Positions 1-10,327 of a stretch of 64,000 nt of DNA are shown here, piece by piece. Location: assembly GCA_019057815.1 (NCBI GenBank), contig JAHLWR010000009.1, forward strand, positions 1 through 64,000, given 5' to 3'. The position numbers and the translations under genes are program-made. The notes under the pieces are model-generated. The model was given only the letters and a program-made list of their open reading frames with translations. It had not been told where the DNA came from and searched no databases. Within the stretch, counting starts at the first letter, position 1. Every line of letters begins with the position of its first letter. This DNA comes from Candidatus Heimdallarchaeota archaeon. Its GTDB lineage: Archaea > Asgardarchaeota > Heimdallarchaeia > Heimdallarchaeales > Heimdallarchaeaceae.

Positions 1-281
1 TGGAATATATTGGAAGAGTACTCAAAAAACAACCTTCAGTTCCAGTGGAATAGTAAAAAGTAGAGTTAACAAAACACAGAATGGCTATAAGCGAGTATTT
101 TAGTAATTAGAGCGATTTTTCAAAATAGTGCAAAATGAGTTGTTTTGACAAAATTTTAGCTTTTTGAAACTTCGATTTTATTTAGTAAATTGAGAGAAAA
201 GGATTGTCTTGTTCTCCTGACGAAAGATTTAAATCTCCTAAAGCACAATTCTAGGTGAATCTATAATTTTAAGGTGAAATT

Positions 282-2069
282 ATGAAAAAGCAATCAAAAC
301 AATCAAAAGTTTCAATTAGAAGATTTTTATGTGTTTCAATTTTAATTGTTGGAATAAGTATATTCTCTAGTATGAGAATAAATGCTACAACTGTCTCCTA
401 TGACCCATCATCTTACTCCTCATTAACCCTACATGATCCAATATACATTAATTCTGACAGTGGACTAGAGGTTTTTCTAGGAACTGGAACAGTTGAGGAT
501 CCTTATGTTATTGATAGTTACAATATTACAACAACGAGTAACTATGGTATTCATATTACTGATACAACGAAATTCTTCATTATTCGTAACTGCTATGTTG
601 ACGCAGACTATGATGGCATTCACATCAATGATGTAGCTGATGGTACTGCAACTGTCATTAACAATACGTGCAACAATAACTGGAATGGCATCGTTCTTTG
701 GCATTCTGGTAGTTCTACTGTAGCTAACAACACTTGCAGCAACAACAACAAGGGCATCTATATTTTCGATTCTAGTAGTTCGACGGTCGCAAACAACACG
801 TGCAATAATAACTACTGGAACGGCATCTGTATTTACGAGTCTGGTAGTTCTACTGTTGCTAACAACACTTTTTCTAATTGTGGATTGTATATAAGTGAAA
901 GTACAGTTGATGCTTACCTCTCGTATACTGTCGAGAATAATTGGGTGAATGGTAAAAAACTAGGTTTTTACACTAACCTTGACTCAACTACTATTGCTGA
1001 ACCAGTTTATGGTCAATTAATATTAGTCAATTGTACTAATGTGACAGTACGTGACCAGATACTAAATGATACTTCACTTGGTCTATTTCTCTACTCCTGT
1101 ACATCTTCAGTTATTATTAACAACACGTGCAATAACAACAAGCAAGGCATCTTGCTTTCCTCTTCTGGTAGTTCTACTGTTGCCAACAACACTTGCAGCA
1201 ACAATGTCGATGGTAGCATCCATCTTCACGATTCTGGTAGTTCTACTGTTGCCAACAACACTTGCAGCAACAACCATCAGAGCATCTTGCTTTCCTCTTC
1301 TGGTAGTTCTACTGTTTCCAACAACACTTGCAGCAACAACAACGACTGGGGCATCTTGCTTGACTCTTCTGCTTCTTGTGTCTTTACTTACAATCTTCTA
1401 CAAGAAAATAAAGAGCATGGGATTTTCTTAAGATCTGGTTCTGATAATAATCTTATTCACCATAATACCTTTGTAGACAATAATCTAGGAGGAACTTCAC
1501 AAGCGTTTGATGAAGGAGCTAACAACTTATGGTATGACTATACAATACAAGAGGGCAACTACTGGTCCGATTGGTCAGGTATAGGTTCTTATTCTATTGA
1601 TGGTTCTGTTTATTATGTAATTGATCCCTATCCTCTTGATGAACCTGTTGTAGATGTTAATCCTCCACTTATTGTTGATATTATTCACTCACCCTCTACA
1701 CCTACAGAGCTAGATACTGTTACTATTAATGCTACTGTTATTGATGCTTCTGGTGTTCAATTTGTTACTCTCTATTACAAGATCAATGATGAATCATGGC
1801 AGATAATCAGTATGACACTTGTGAGTGGTGATATTTACAGCGTTACTATCGGTTCCTTTGTAGTTGGTGACACTATCGAATATTACGTTAGTGCTATAGA
1901 TAATTCTACTAACCACAATGAAGCTATCAATGACAACGCAGGTCTATATTACTCATTTACTGTTTCTGTGTTTATGCCAGAATTTCAAATGCTCTCTCTT
2001 CTCCTCCCCACGTTAACTTTTCTATTCATAGGCTTTGGTTTAGTGGTGCTACAACGAAGAAAGAAATAA
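282..2069 (+). CDS. Secreted, membrane-anchored right-handed parallel beta-helix (NosD/PbH1-repeat) protein with C-terminal Ig-like domain and PEF-CTERM-like anchor
   Basis: Signal peptide; repeated GIxLxxSGSSTVANNTCSNN units; conserved EGNYWSDWSG cap; tail MPEF + hydrophobic helix + RRKK. Confidence 0.9.
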   Translation: MKKQSKQSKVSIRRFLCVSILIVGISIFSSMRINATTVSYDPSSYSSLTLHDPIYINSDSGLEVFLGTGTVEDPYVIDSYNITTTSNYGIHITDTTKFFIIRNCYVDADYDGIHINDVADGTATVINNTCNNNWNGIVLWHSGSSTVANNTCSNNNKGIYIFDSSSSTVANNTCNNNYWNGICIYESGSSTVANNTFSNCGLYISESTVDAYLSYTVENNWVNGKKLGFYTNLDSTTIAEPVYGQLILVNCTNVTVRDQILNDTSLGLFLYSCTSSVIINNTCNNNKQGILLSSSGSSTVANNTCSNNVDGSIHLHDSGSSTVANNTCSNNHQSILLSSSGSSTVSNNTCSNNNDWGILLDSSASCVFTYNLLQENKEHGIFLRSGSDNNLIHHNTFVDNNLGGTSQAFDEGANNLWYDYTIQEGNYWSDWSGIGSYSIDGSVYYVIDPYPLDEPVVDVNPPLIVDIIHSPSTPTELDTVTINATVIDASGVQFVTLYYKINDESWQIISMTLVSGDIYSVTIGSFVVGDTIEYYVSAIDNSTNHNEAINDNAGLYYSFTVSVFMPEFQMLSLLLPTLTFLFIGFGLVVLQRRKK

Positions 2070-2283
2070 TTTCTTCATCCCTTTTTTTTCTTTCAACATT
2101 TTTCTCCCATTCTATACCATCCCTTTATGTTGTAGATTTTTTATCTTTGCTGCAAGCTTTTTGAAACTTGAAGAGACTGTAAAATTTGAATATCCACAAT
2201 TCTTTTTATTAACTCTACTACTTTCCATAGTTCCTTAATTTCTCACAGGGATATCTCAAAGTAAGCAAATAAAAAATAAATAT

Positions 2284-2472
2284 TTGGTATCAAATCTAGT
2301 ACGGTTCGAAATTGATAAATGCCAATTGTCTTCTATAGATTTAAGCCCATTAGAAAAATTAACAGAATTAAAGCAGCTCGGTCTTTCTAATAACCAATTG
2401 GAGACTATAGATTTAAGTACGTTGGAGAAATGCCCAAATTTAAGTTGTCTCTCCCTTAGTCCTAAGAATTAA
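2284..2472 (+). pseudogene. Leucine-rich repeat gene fragment
   Basis: Two LRR units (LSSIDLSPLEKLTELKQLGLSNNQLETIDLSTLEKCPNLSCLSLS), TTG start, only 62 aa. Confidence 0.6.
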
Positions 2473-2585
2473 CTTTGGGGTTCTAAATCTCTAAAACTCT
2501 CTTTTCTGAGTCCTTCTAGCTAATTGAAGTTTCTTTGAATAGGAATATATTTATATTTTTTTTCTACAAGTAGAATTGATCAATA

Positions 2586-2873
2586 ATGTCATCAGTAAAA
2601 ATTAGTCGAAAAGATCAATTAGAAAAATTAGCAGCTAAAATTTTATTAAAAACAGGAAAAAAAATCACTCAACAAGAGCTGTTAGCTTTATGTGTTCAAT
2701 ATTCAGATGAGAATCTTGACGAATTTATATTACAAGTAACAAAAGAAAATCGAAAATGGGATGCTGAAGAAATAAAACAGTTGGAAATGGAATTTATAGA
2801 AGATTTTGGTGAAGGAACAGAAACACTATCCTCAGATGTCGATAAGATATTATACGGTGATGAAAAAAAGTGA
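2586..2873 (+). CDS. Putative antitoxin (VapB-like DNA-binding protein)
   Basis: 95 aa, acidic C-terminus ending SSDVDKILYG, 4-bp overlap with downstream PIN gene. Confidence 0.75.
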   Translation: MSSVKISRKDQLEKLAAKILLKTGKKITQQELLALCVQYSDENLDEFILQVTKENRKWDAEEIKQLEMEFIEDFGEGTETLSSDVDKILYGDEKK

Positions 2874-3286
2874 TTTTAATTGATACAAATGTTTTCGTTT
2901 CTTTTTTGAATAAAAGAGATAAGAATCATCAAAGAGCAATAGAGCTAGTTAGACAAGCGTTATCAGGAGATTTTGGGAATAGATATACAATTTCAGAAGT
3001 TTTTACAGAAGTATCTACTGTTCTATTTCGAAAAACAAAAAACATGAACATTGTGAAAAAAGCATGGGATTTAATGTATTCAAGTGATAGATCTTGGGGA
3101 AAAACAATAATAATAACAAAAGATCATATTGAAAAAGCTTGGAAAATTTTCCAATCATATACAACGATTAAAAAACCCTTGAGTTTAGTAGATTGTTTAT
3201 TAATTGCTGTTGCCCGTAACTTAGAAATTGTTAAAATAATAAGCTTTGATGATGAATTTGATGGTATATTAGAAAGAATTTACTAA
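2870..3286 (+). CDS. vapC: PIN-domain ribonuclease toxin (VapC family)
   Basis: ILIDTNV, E, LSLVDC and SFDDEFD acidic PIN motifs. Confidence 0.9.
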   Translation: MILIDTNVFVSFLNKRDKNHQRAIELVRQALSGDFGNRYTISEVFTEVSTVLFRKTKNMNIVKKAWDLMYSSDRSWGKTIIITKDHIEKAWKIFQSYTTIKKPLSLVDCLLIAVARNLEIVKIISFDDEFDGILERIY

Positions 3287-3362
3287 AGAGAAAAGAATTT
3301 TTTTTTGTTAATGAAATAGAGAGTTCAGGGAAGAAAATAAGAGGAAAAAGAGAAGAGCAGAA

Positions 3363-5852
3363 TTATCTCTTCTTTTTTCTAAAAGATATTAAAAGTACTG
3401 GGATTAAAATAAGTATAATCATTTCTGTCTTATATTCAGAAATTACTGGTATTGGTTGAGCACCTAAAGGATAAAGGTCTTCATTATGAGTAATAAAACC
3501 TCCATCTAGAACATAGCTTCCCACTCCTGACCAGTCTGACCACCAATTCCCCTCATTTTCAGAAGCATCATACCAAAGGTTAGTAGTTTTAGAATCATAT
3601 CCTTGCGCATATCCAGTAAACATTCCATCATGATATCCTAGTGGATTGTTTTCATAGAATGTATTGTGATGAATTAGATTGTGATCAGAAACCCCAAGTT
3701 TAATTCCATAGTATTTATTTTCTTGTAAGAGATTGAAAGTCAATTCATTATATTCCCCAAAAGCTAGCTGAATTCCATTATTTTGATTATAGGCTACCTT
3801 ATTATCTGATATAGTACTATTATCAACATCATATAAAGTACTTCCATCAAAGGAATTGTAGAAGAAATCGTTGTTATGAATATTGATGTATTTACAATAC
3901 TCTACCGATAATCCAAGAAAGTTATATTCAAGAGTACAAGAAACAATTTCAATATTCTCAGAAAAGCTTATCCCTATTCCATAATTTCCATTGATACTAA
4001 CAATGTTGCTGATAATAGAGTTATTACAATAAACTAGCATTAAACCATTTGAAGCATATGAGAAGGTCATATCATCGATTGTAAAATCTGAACAGTTAAT
4101 AAGAAACACTTGACCGTAATCTGAACCTGATATTGGAAAGTTGTTTAGATCAACCAAATAACCGTATGGAAGTCCATTCACTTCATTAGATGTTAAATCA
4201 TAAGTTCTGTAATCTGCAAGTGCAGGTTCATAAATCTTGACACCATTCATCAACAAATCATTATGTGTAATAGTCGAATTGGGGGAATTGTCAAAATTTA
4301 TACCATTGTCAATTAAATCAAACATATCTGAAAGACCATTTTCTTGAATAAAGTTACTCCTAACTGTTGAATTTGGACTGTAAGATAACTGTATTCCGTC
4401 GTAAGAGTTTCCTATCACGTCGTTATTATTGATAGTAGTGTATGGAGCATTATAACAGTGAACTCCAGCATCATTAAAATTCAAGTCACTGTAGATCACA
4501 TAAGTATTATTGGAGTTATAAATTCCAACACCTTGTACTTCGTTGTTATTAAAGGTGTTAAATTCTGTAAAAGTGTTGAAACATTTGTATACAGACATTC
4601 CTAGGAAATTATAATTCATCACATTACTACTGACTAGAGTGTCATTACATTCCCAAAGGTACAAGCCTATGTCGGTGTTGTAGAGTTCTTGGTTGAAAAT
4701 CTCTGTAAATGTACAATTAACTAAAATCAGTTGACCATAAGCAGGAGTATCAAAAGTAGCTGATTCGAGGTCAATAAAGAACCCTAAAGGTTTTTCATTG
4801 ACAGTATTGCTTTCAACAGTATAGGTTCTATAATCCGCTATTGTATCAGCAGAAATGAGCAAACCATCATTATTGAAGGTATTGAAACGTACTGAAGAAG
4901 AAAGACAATCATAGATATCCATTCCATAGGTTCCAACATCACTTATTTTATTGTATTCAAATTCACTATTAGCACATCTAAAAGCAGAAATACCATAATA
5001 GACAGTTTCATGTATTTCGTTATGGTCTAGAATAACTTCATCGGAGTCTTCAACTGAAATACCATAGGTTAAGTTATAACATAAATTGTTAGCTATAACT
5101 GAATCAAAGCAGAATTCTATTCGTAAACCATAGAAATCTTTGCTGTCATAAATGGTGTTATTGTAGGCATAAATGAAATCAGACAATCTAACATATATGT
5201 TATCTCTGTTATTATTCCAACATTCATTGAAGCTAATTTCAGCTCCATCTGTATTTTGAACATAGATAGGATTGTTATTATTATCATACAGCTTATTATC
5301 CTTAATTTTAGTCCCAGCTGCACCATTAGCATAAATACCGTATCCCCAATTGTTGAAAATAGTATTATTCTCGATAAGCGTAAAAGCTTCATCATTTACA
5401 TATATTCCACAATAGAAGTTTTCTGTTACTATACAATCCTCAATCGTTGTATTTCCAATGGTTCTGCTGTAAAGTGAAATACCATATTGGTCGGCATCAA
5501 CATAACAATTTCTGATGATAAAGTAATGTGTTGTATCGTGAATACTAATTCCAGTATGATTTGTTACATCAATGTAATAGTTTTCAATAACATAAGGGGT
5601 AACTTGAGACCCATCACCAGCAAGAGATAATAGATCTAGATCCGAATCAGAGCTAATTTCGATAGCTTCATGATTTATTAAATCTTTAAATACAGGCTTT
5701 GAGTAGCCTGGGATTGCAAACTCTTGACTTGCTAGAATGCCATTATCTGCAAAAGTAAAATAAAAAAGACTGCCTAGAACAAGAAGAGTGATGATTGACA
5801 TTTTCAGTTTTTTGAATTGAGAGAAAATCATTAAGAAAAAGATACTCAGCAA
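3363..5852 (-). CDS. Large NosD/PbH1 beta-helix surface protein with C-terminal membrane anchor
   Basis: Many GIxxxxSxNxxIxxN repeats, two VNxxPxG..YGQxxLxNC modules, EGNWWSDWSG cap, TM + RKKKR; true start may be at 5830 or 5801. Confidence 0.88.
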   Translation of the reverse strand: MLSIFFLMIFSQFKKLKMSIITLLVLGSLFYFTFADNGILASQEFAIPGYSKPVFKDLINHEAIEISSDSDLDLLSLAGDGSQVTPYVIENYYIDVTNHTGISIHDTTHYFIIRNCYVDADQYGISLYSRTIGNTTIEDCIVTENFYCGIYVNDEAFTLIENNTIFNNWGYGIYANGAAGTKIKDNKLYDNNNNPIYVQNTDGAEISFNECWNNNRDNIYVRLSDFIYAYNNTIYDSKDFYGLRIEFCFDSVIANNLCYNLTYGISVEDSDEVILDHNEIHETVYYGISAFRCANSEFEYNKISDVGTYGMDIYDCLSSSVRFNTFNNDGLLISADTIADYRTYTVESNTVNEKPLGFFIDLESATFDTPAYGQLILVNCTFTEIFNQELYNTDIGLYLWECNDTLVSSNVMNYNFLGMSVYKCFNTFTEFNTFNNNEVQGVGIYNSNNTYVIYSDLNFNDAGVHCYNAPYTTINNNDVIGNSYDGIQLSYSPNSTVRSNFIQENGLSDMFDLIDNGINFDNSPNSTITHNDLLMNGVKIYEPALADYRTYDLTSNEVNGLPYGYLVDLNNFPISGSDYGQVFLINCSDFTIDDMTFSYASNGLMLVYCNNSIISNIVSINGNYGIGISFSENIEIVSCTLEYNFLGLSVEYCKYINIHNNDFFYNSFDGSTLYDVDNSTISDNKVAYNQNNGIQLAFGEYNELTFNLLQENKYYGIKLGVSDHNLIHHNTFYENNPLGYHDGMFTGYAQGYDSKTTNLWYDASENEGNWWSDWSGVGSYVLDGGFITHNEDLYPLGAQPIPVISEYKTEMIILILIPVLLISFRKKKR

Positions 5853-5949
5853 GAACTTATAACTGTTTTGTGAGTATTAGTGCTTCACCTCATTTTCTAC
5901 AATTCAAATTAAGAATAAAAGGTGAAAAAACCAAAAAAGATATACTAAG

Positions 5950-6495
5950 CATTTACATATGGTATTCTGATAATTCTACGGTTGCTAATAACACGTGTAG
6001 TAATAACATCCATGGCATTTATCTTTACTTTTCTGGGAGTTCTATCGTTACATATAACATATGCAACAACAATAGTGATGGTATCTATCTTCTCTCTTCT
6101 GATTTTTGTGTCGTTACTTACAATCTTCTACAAGAAAATAAAAGCTATGGAATCGTGCTTTCAGATTCTGATAATTGTACTATTCACCGTAAACCTTTGT
6201 AGACAACAATCTAGGATTAACTTCTCAAGCTTTTGATGAAGGTACTGACAATACTTGGTATGATACTGCAACACAAGAGGGTAACTATTGGTCTGATTGG
6301 TCAGGTACAGGTTCTTATTCTATTGATGGTTATACTGGTTCAGAAGATCTCTATCCTCTCGATGAACCCACTGTATATTCAGTTGAATCTTCTACAGATG
6401 AAAATCGATTAAGCTTCACATTTACTCTCCTAATGTTAGTTTTTCCCTTAATGCTTTCAAGGATAATCTCAAAGAAGTCCAAGAAAAAAACATAA
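5950..6495 (+). pseudogene. 5'-truncated, frameshifted beta-helix surface protein gene (C-terminal half)
   Basis: Homologous to 282..2069 and 37860..38870; 1-nt deletion near 6192 (caccgtaaacc vs caccataatacc); second frame continues through EGNYWSDWSG to TM and KKSKKKT stop at 6495; no signal peptide. Confidence 0.85.
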
Positions 6496-6610
6496 ACTCA
6501 TCGGTTGAATGGGTTCTAAGTAGAAGTTAAATCCAATTTTAATAAATAGTTAAAATTATTGTGTTGAATAGTAAAAGCATACCTATTTATACATTTAAGA
6601 TATTACTACA

Positions 6611-7492
6611 TTGGTGTTTAAAATGACTTATGGTTATCAAGTTCATCCTTTTGATTTAGCAAAACGCAGAATTTCAGATAGTTCAAATAAGTTGTATTCT
6701 TATCTTTTGGCAACTGTGATTATCAGTGTAATTCTAGTTATAATTTCTGTGATCATGTTCTTTGTTGTACTCCTACCTTTAGGGTTTACTATAGCAGATT
6801 TCGATCCTAATAATATCTATTCTTCCCTAGAAACCATAATTGATGTTAGTTGGATAGCTATTTTTATAATATCTACAGGTGGAATAATTTTAGTAATATT
6901 ATTTATCATAATTTATGTCCAATATTACAAACTAGGCTCAGGATTTAGGCTTTTACAAAAAGCAGATCCTATGTTTATGAGTCCTCAATATGCTAGCTAT
7001 GGTATAATAGGTTATGTCATTGCAATTATTATTGGATTTTTTGTGCAAGGATATGCTGGAACTGCAATCTCCCTTGCAGGAAATCTCTCTCTTGTTGTAG
7101 GATTTTATTTTATTTACAAAACTTTTACGGATTATAGACAACAAGGAAGATTCAGTAAACCACCAACTAAAATGCTTTTTATCGCTGTTACAATCAATTT
7201 TATTTCTTCAATAGTGGCTTTTTTCACTTTGTTTTCTTCTATTGGGACTATCGTGGGATTTATCTTTCTTCTAATAGGTTATAGAGATTTAAGTAGAGAT
7301 ATAGCACTCATCCTTCCTCCAGGTGCAACACCAACTTCCTCACAAGCAGCTGTTCCTGTTAAAACAGAACAATACCCCATCCAACAAGCAGCTGTTGAAC
7401 CAATTATATCCGGAAAAGCATTTTGTTCGAGTTGTGGAGCGAAAATTGACCACGAGGATAAATTCTGCCCTAACTGTGGTGCCACAACTTAA
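6611..7492 (+). CDS. Multi-pass membrane protein with C-terminal zinc-ribbon
   Basis: About 6 TM segments; terminal FCSSCG...FCPNCG; start probably ATG 6623. Confidence 0.85.
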   Translation: MVFKMTYGYQVHPFDLAKRRISDSSNKLYSYLLATVIISVILVIISVIMFFVVLLPLGFTIADFDPNNIYSSLETIIDVSWIAIFIISTGGIILVILFIIIYVQYYKLGSGFRLLQKADPMFMSPQYASYGIIGYVIAIIIGFFVQGYAGTAISLAGNLSLVVGFYFIYKTFTDYRQQGRFSKPPTKMLFIAVTINFISSIVAFFTLFSSIGTIVGFIFLLIGYRDLSRDIALILPPGATPTSSQAAVPVKTEQYPIQQAAVEPIISGKAFCSSCGAKIDHEDKFCPNCGATT

Positions 7493-7594
7493 AATCTCTT
7501 TTTTCAATCTTTTCCTTTTTACTACTTTTTCGCAATAGAACGATTTAAACTTCTAATTATGTTACTTCAATTATTTTCAAATTGGAAGTATATA

Positions 7595-7767
7595 TGACAT
7601 GAATTTTGTACAAATCCTTTAGAAGTGCTTAGGGCACATCATGGGTACGCCACATACCCTCCTACACCGCCCACACTCCCTTGGGGGAATGCTTACGGTT
7701 TCGCTTTTGGTTTTTTGTTGGATGTAGATCCGAGGATCACCATGAAGTTGGTGCATATCTACAATCC
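7595..7767 (-). ncRNA. Predicted ~170-nt structured RNA of unknown family, copy A
   Basis: GC-rich island in AT-rich DNA; stems conserved with compensatory changes versus copy B; TATA-like TTGATATA (7799-7792) 24 nt upstream of GGAUUGUAG. Confidence 0.7.
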
Positions 7768-7828
7768 TTAAAAGTATAATCTATACTACCCTATATCAAC
7801 ACAACAAAAATGTACACAAAGCTTCTTA
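7595..7828 (-). mobile_element. Non-autonomous ~234-bp element (MITE-like), copy A, carrying a structured RNA
   Basis: Reverse complement ~82% identical to 39043-39274; ends TAAGAAGCTTTGTGTACA...TGTACAAAATTCATGTCA; TA on both flanks; no ORF. Confidence 0.8.
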
Positions 7829-7853
7829 TAAGAGAGTGTGACATTATGGATTT

Positions 7854-8810
7854 ATGATTAGCACAGCTATCCGAACTGTGACTCTAACAAAAATTTACAA
7901 ATCTAACAACTTAAAAGCTGTAGATAATCTTGATTTAGAAATTAAAAGTGGAGAAATCTTTGGATTATTAGGACCGAATGGCGCAGGTAAGACAACTCTA
8001 ATTCGTATGCTTGTAGGTTTGCTTAAATCTACTTCAGGAGAGATTTTCTACGATGGTGATAAGCTCTCATCTACATCCTCACAACTGCACAGAATCATAG
8101 GTTATGTACCTCAAGAATCATCCTTTTGGAATCATCTTACAGTTTATGAAAATCTCTTCTTAATAGGCTCAGCCCACAAAATCCCTTCTAGTATTCTAAA
8201 GGAAAGAATAGATTTTATCTTGAAAGGTCTATTTCTTACAGATAAGAAAAAAGAAAGAACAAATAAATTGTCTGGTGGAATGAAAAGAAGGCTAAACATT
8301 GCTCTCGGGTTAATTCATGATCCTGAAATTCTTTTTTTAGATGAAGTTTTCGTGGGGTTAGATCCTCAGAGTCGAGTGTTTTTGTATGATTTCCTTAAAC
8401 AACTCGCCATTGAAGGAAATAAAACAGTAATCATCACTTCTCATTTAATGGAAGTTGTTGATATTATGAGTGATAGAGTTGGTATTATGGATGATGGAAA
8501 AATGTTAGCTATAGACAGTCCTGAGAATCTGAAAAACACTTTTGGTAAGGGAGATGTTATTGAACTGACAATTGATAAGAAGTTCAACGATAAATTGTTA
8601 GCTGTTATAAAAACTACTTACAAGAATCTTGATCTAAAGCAAGTAGATAATCAGATTTTTATCGGTGCATTGAATGCTATAAAAAAACTTCCTACAATCC
8701 TAAATACAATCGAAAATGAGGGATTTGAAGTTGTTGACACTAGATTACGAAAACAATCTTTAGAGGATGTCTTTATTTCTCTAACAGGAAAACAATTGAG
8801 GGATAATTGA
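7854..8810 (+). CDS. ABC-2 type transporter ATP-binding subunit (DrrA-like)
   Basis: Walker A GPNGAGKTT, LSGGMKRR signature, LFLDE, C-terminal SLEDVF. Confidence 0.95.
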   Translation: MISTAIRTVTLTKIYKSNNLKAVDNLDLEIKSGEIFGLLGPNGAGKTTLIRMLVGLLKSTSGEIFYDGDKLSSTSSQLHRIIGYVPQESSFWNHLTVYENLFLIGSAHKIPSSILKERIDFILKGLFLTDKKKERTNKLSGGMKRRLNIALGLIHDPEILFLDEVFVGLDPQSRVFLYDFLKQLAIEGNKTVIITSHLMEVVDIMSDRVGIMDDGKMLAIDSPENLKNTFGKGDVIELTIDKKFNDKLLAVIKTTYKNLDLKQVDNQIFIGALNAIKKLPTILNTIENEGFEVVDTRLRKQSLEDVFISLTGKQLRDN

Positions 8811-8811
8811 T

Positions 8812-10134
8812 ATGATCGAGTTAGATAATAAATCAACTAATAAATTGCTCAATTTTGGAAAAGGAATCTATTATAACAGTAGACTTGTTTATCAACTCTC
8901 CTTAAAGTTTGTAAGAGAATCTTTTAGAACAAGAGTTTTTATCATTTTTGCACTCCTCTTTCCAGCTGCTTTCATGTTTATCTATTCCTTTGCATTTGGC
9001 TCGTCATTTGCAACTCCAGGAACGATGAATATCTATGTTGTTAATGATGACATAGCTCCAATTGGTCATCCTATGTATGAAAATGTTATAGGAAATTATA
9101 GTAACTTTGTTTTAGAAGGTAATTATTCTAATTTCGGTGAAGCTTTAGTCAAGTTTCTAAGCAATGCTTCGTTCTCTAAAGGTGAAACAGCAGGTGATGC
9201 TATGTTTCACATTACATTAATAGATGAATATAATGAAACAATTGAAGATAGATTAAGTCGTCTTGATCAATATGGGATGATTCTTGTCTTAAGCATCCCT
9301 GATAACTTCAGCACATCTATCCTCAATCTCACTTCTTCTGTTATGATAAATGTTAAAGGTGATCCTTCACTCACGAGTTTTCTTTACGCTACAGGTCTAG
9401 TAAATGGCCTCTTTGACGCTTATTTTTCAATAGTTAGACAATTCATAGGCGATACATCAGGTAAAAGCGAAACAATTGTAGATGCTACAATAGATGTTGA
9501 AGATTGGACATGGTTTGATTTTTCAGTACCTGGACTGATCATTTTTGCGATGCTTATGACTGTTGCTGCAGTTGCCACTCAGATAACAGAGGAAGTTGAA
9601 TTTAGAACTATAGAACGATTACAATTAACTGCTATGCGTCCGGGACATTTTATAGGAGGACTTTTGGGATCTCAACTTTTTATAGGTTTATTCCAAGTCA
9701 CAGCTATGTTTGGCTTTGCTCTACTAGTCGGATTTAAAGGTGAAGGATCATTCATTCAAGCAGGATTGATTTGTTGGCTATCGATTCTGCCCATTACAGC
9801 CATAGGATTCATGGTCGGTGGACTTGTGAAAAAATCACAAATGGCTAGTGCTGTTGCAACCTTAATCGCTGTTCCTTTAAGTTTCCTTACTGGAGCGTTC
9901 TTTCCTCTCGATAATCCTACAATAATAGAGAATTTCTTTGGTCACAAATTCGGTCTTTTTGACTTTCTTCCCATGCGTCACTCTGTAACTATGATGCAAA
10001 GAATATTAATTTACCAAGAACCTTTAAGCAATCTTACTTATGAACTCACAATGTTCTTATGCCTTTCAGCTATCTATTTATTAATAGGATTAGCAATCGT
10101 TACTCTATTCAAACTCAGATCGAAAAAAGAGTAA
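8812..10134 (+). CDS. ABC-2 type transporter permease
   Basis: N-terminal TM, extracellular domain, 5 C-terminal TMs, EEVEFRTIERL and LTGAFFP motifs; follows ATPase by 1 bp. Confidence 0.92.
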   Translation: MIELDNKSTNKLLNFGKGIYYNSRLVYQLSLKFVRESFRTRVFIIFALLFPAAFMFIYSFAFGSSFATPGTMNIYVVNDDIAPIGHPMYENVIGNYSNFVLEGNYSNFGEALVKFLSNASFSKGETAGDAMFHITLIDEYNETIEDRLSRLDQYGMILVLSIPDNFSTSILNLTSSVMINVKGDPSLTSFLYATGLVNGLFDAYFSIVRQFIGDTSGKSETIVDATIDVEDWTWFDFSVPGLIIFAMLMTVAAVATQITEEVEFRTIERLQLTAMRPGHFIGGLLGSQLFIGLFQVTAMFGFALLVGFKGEGSFIQAGLICWLSILPITAIGFMVGGLVKKSQMASAVATLIAVPLSFLTGAFFPLDNPTIIENFFGHKFGLFDFLPMRHSVTMMQRILIYQEPLSNLTYELTMFLCLSAIYLLIGLAIVTLFKLRSKKE

Positions 10135-10327
10135 AATTTTTCTTTATTTTTCTTTTTTTCCTTCAACATAATTCAACTACATAAAACTAAAAAGTTTGAT
10201 TTCGTTAGTTTGAGCCCTGAAATCACAAACTTTTGTATAATGTTTGAGATTAGAAAAAATGTATTTATTTCTTTAGTAGTTATTTTCTTTTCTTTGGATA
10301 AAACTTTTATTGTTCTAATTACTACCT

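Noticed and set aside
1-110. 3' end of a gene or IS end at the window start
   Set aside because: All three plus frames are briefly open; frame and identity cannot be determined
1147-1345. Regularly spaced repeats as a CRISPR array
   Set aside because: They are coding 66-69-bp beta-helix units inside an ORF; no cas genes
660-1380. AAC-rich repeats as a diversity-generating retroelement template/variable pair
   Set aside because: Variable codons include TGG, AAG, CAA and TTG, not limited to adenine substitutions of AAY; repeats are in-frame coils; no reverse transcriptase in the window
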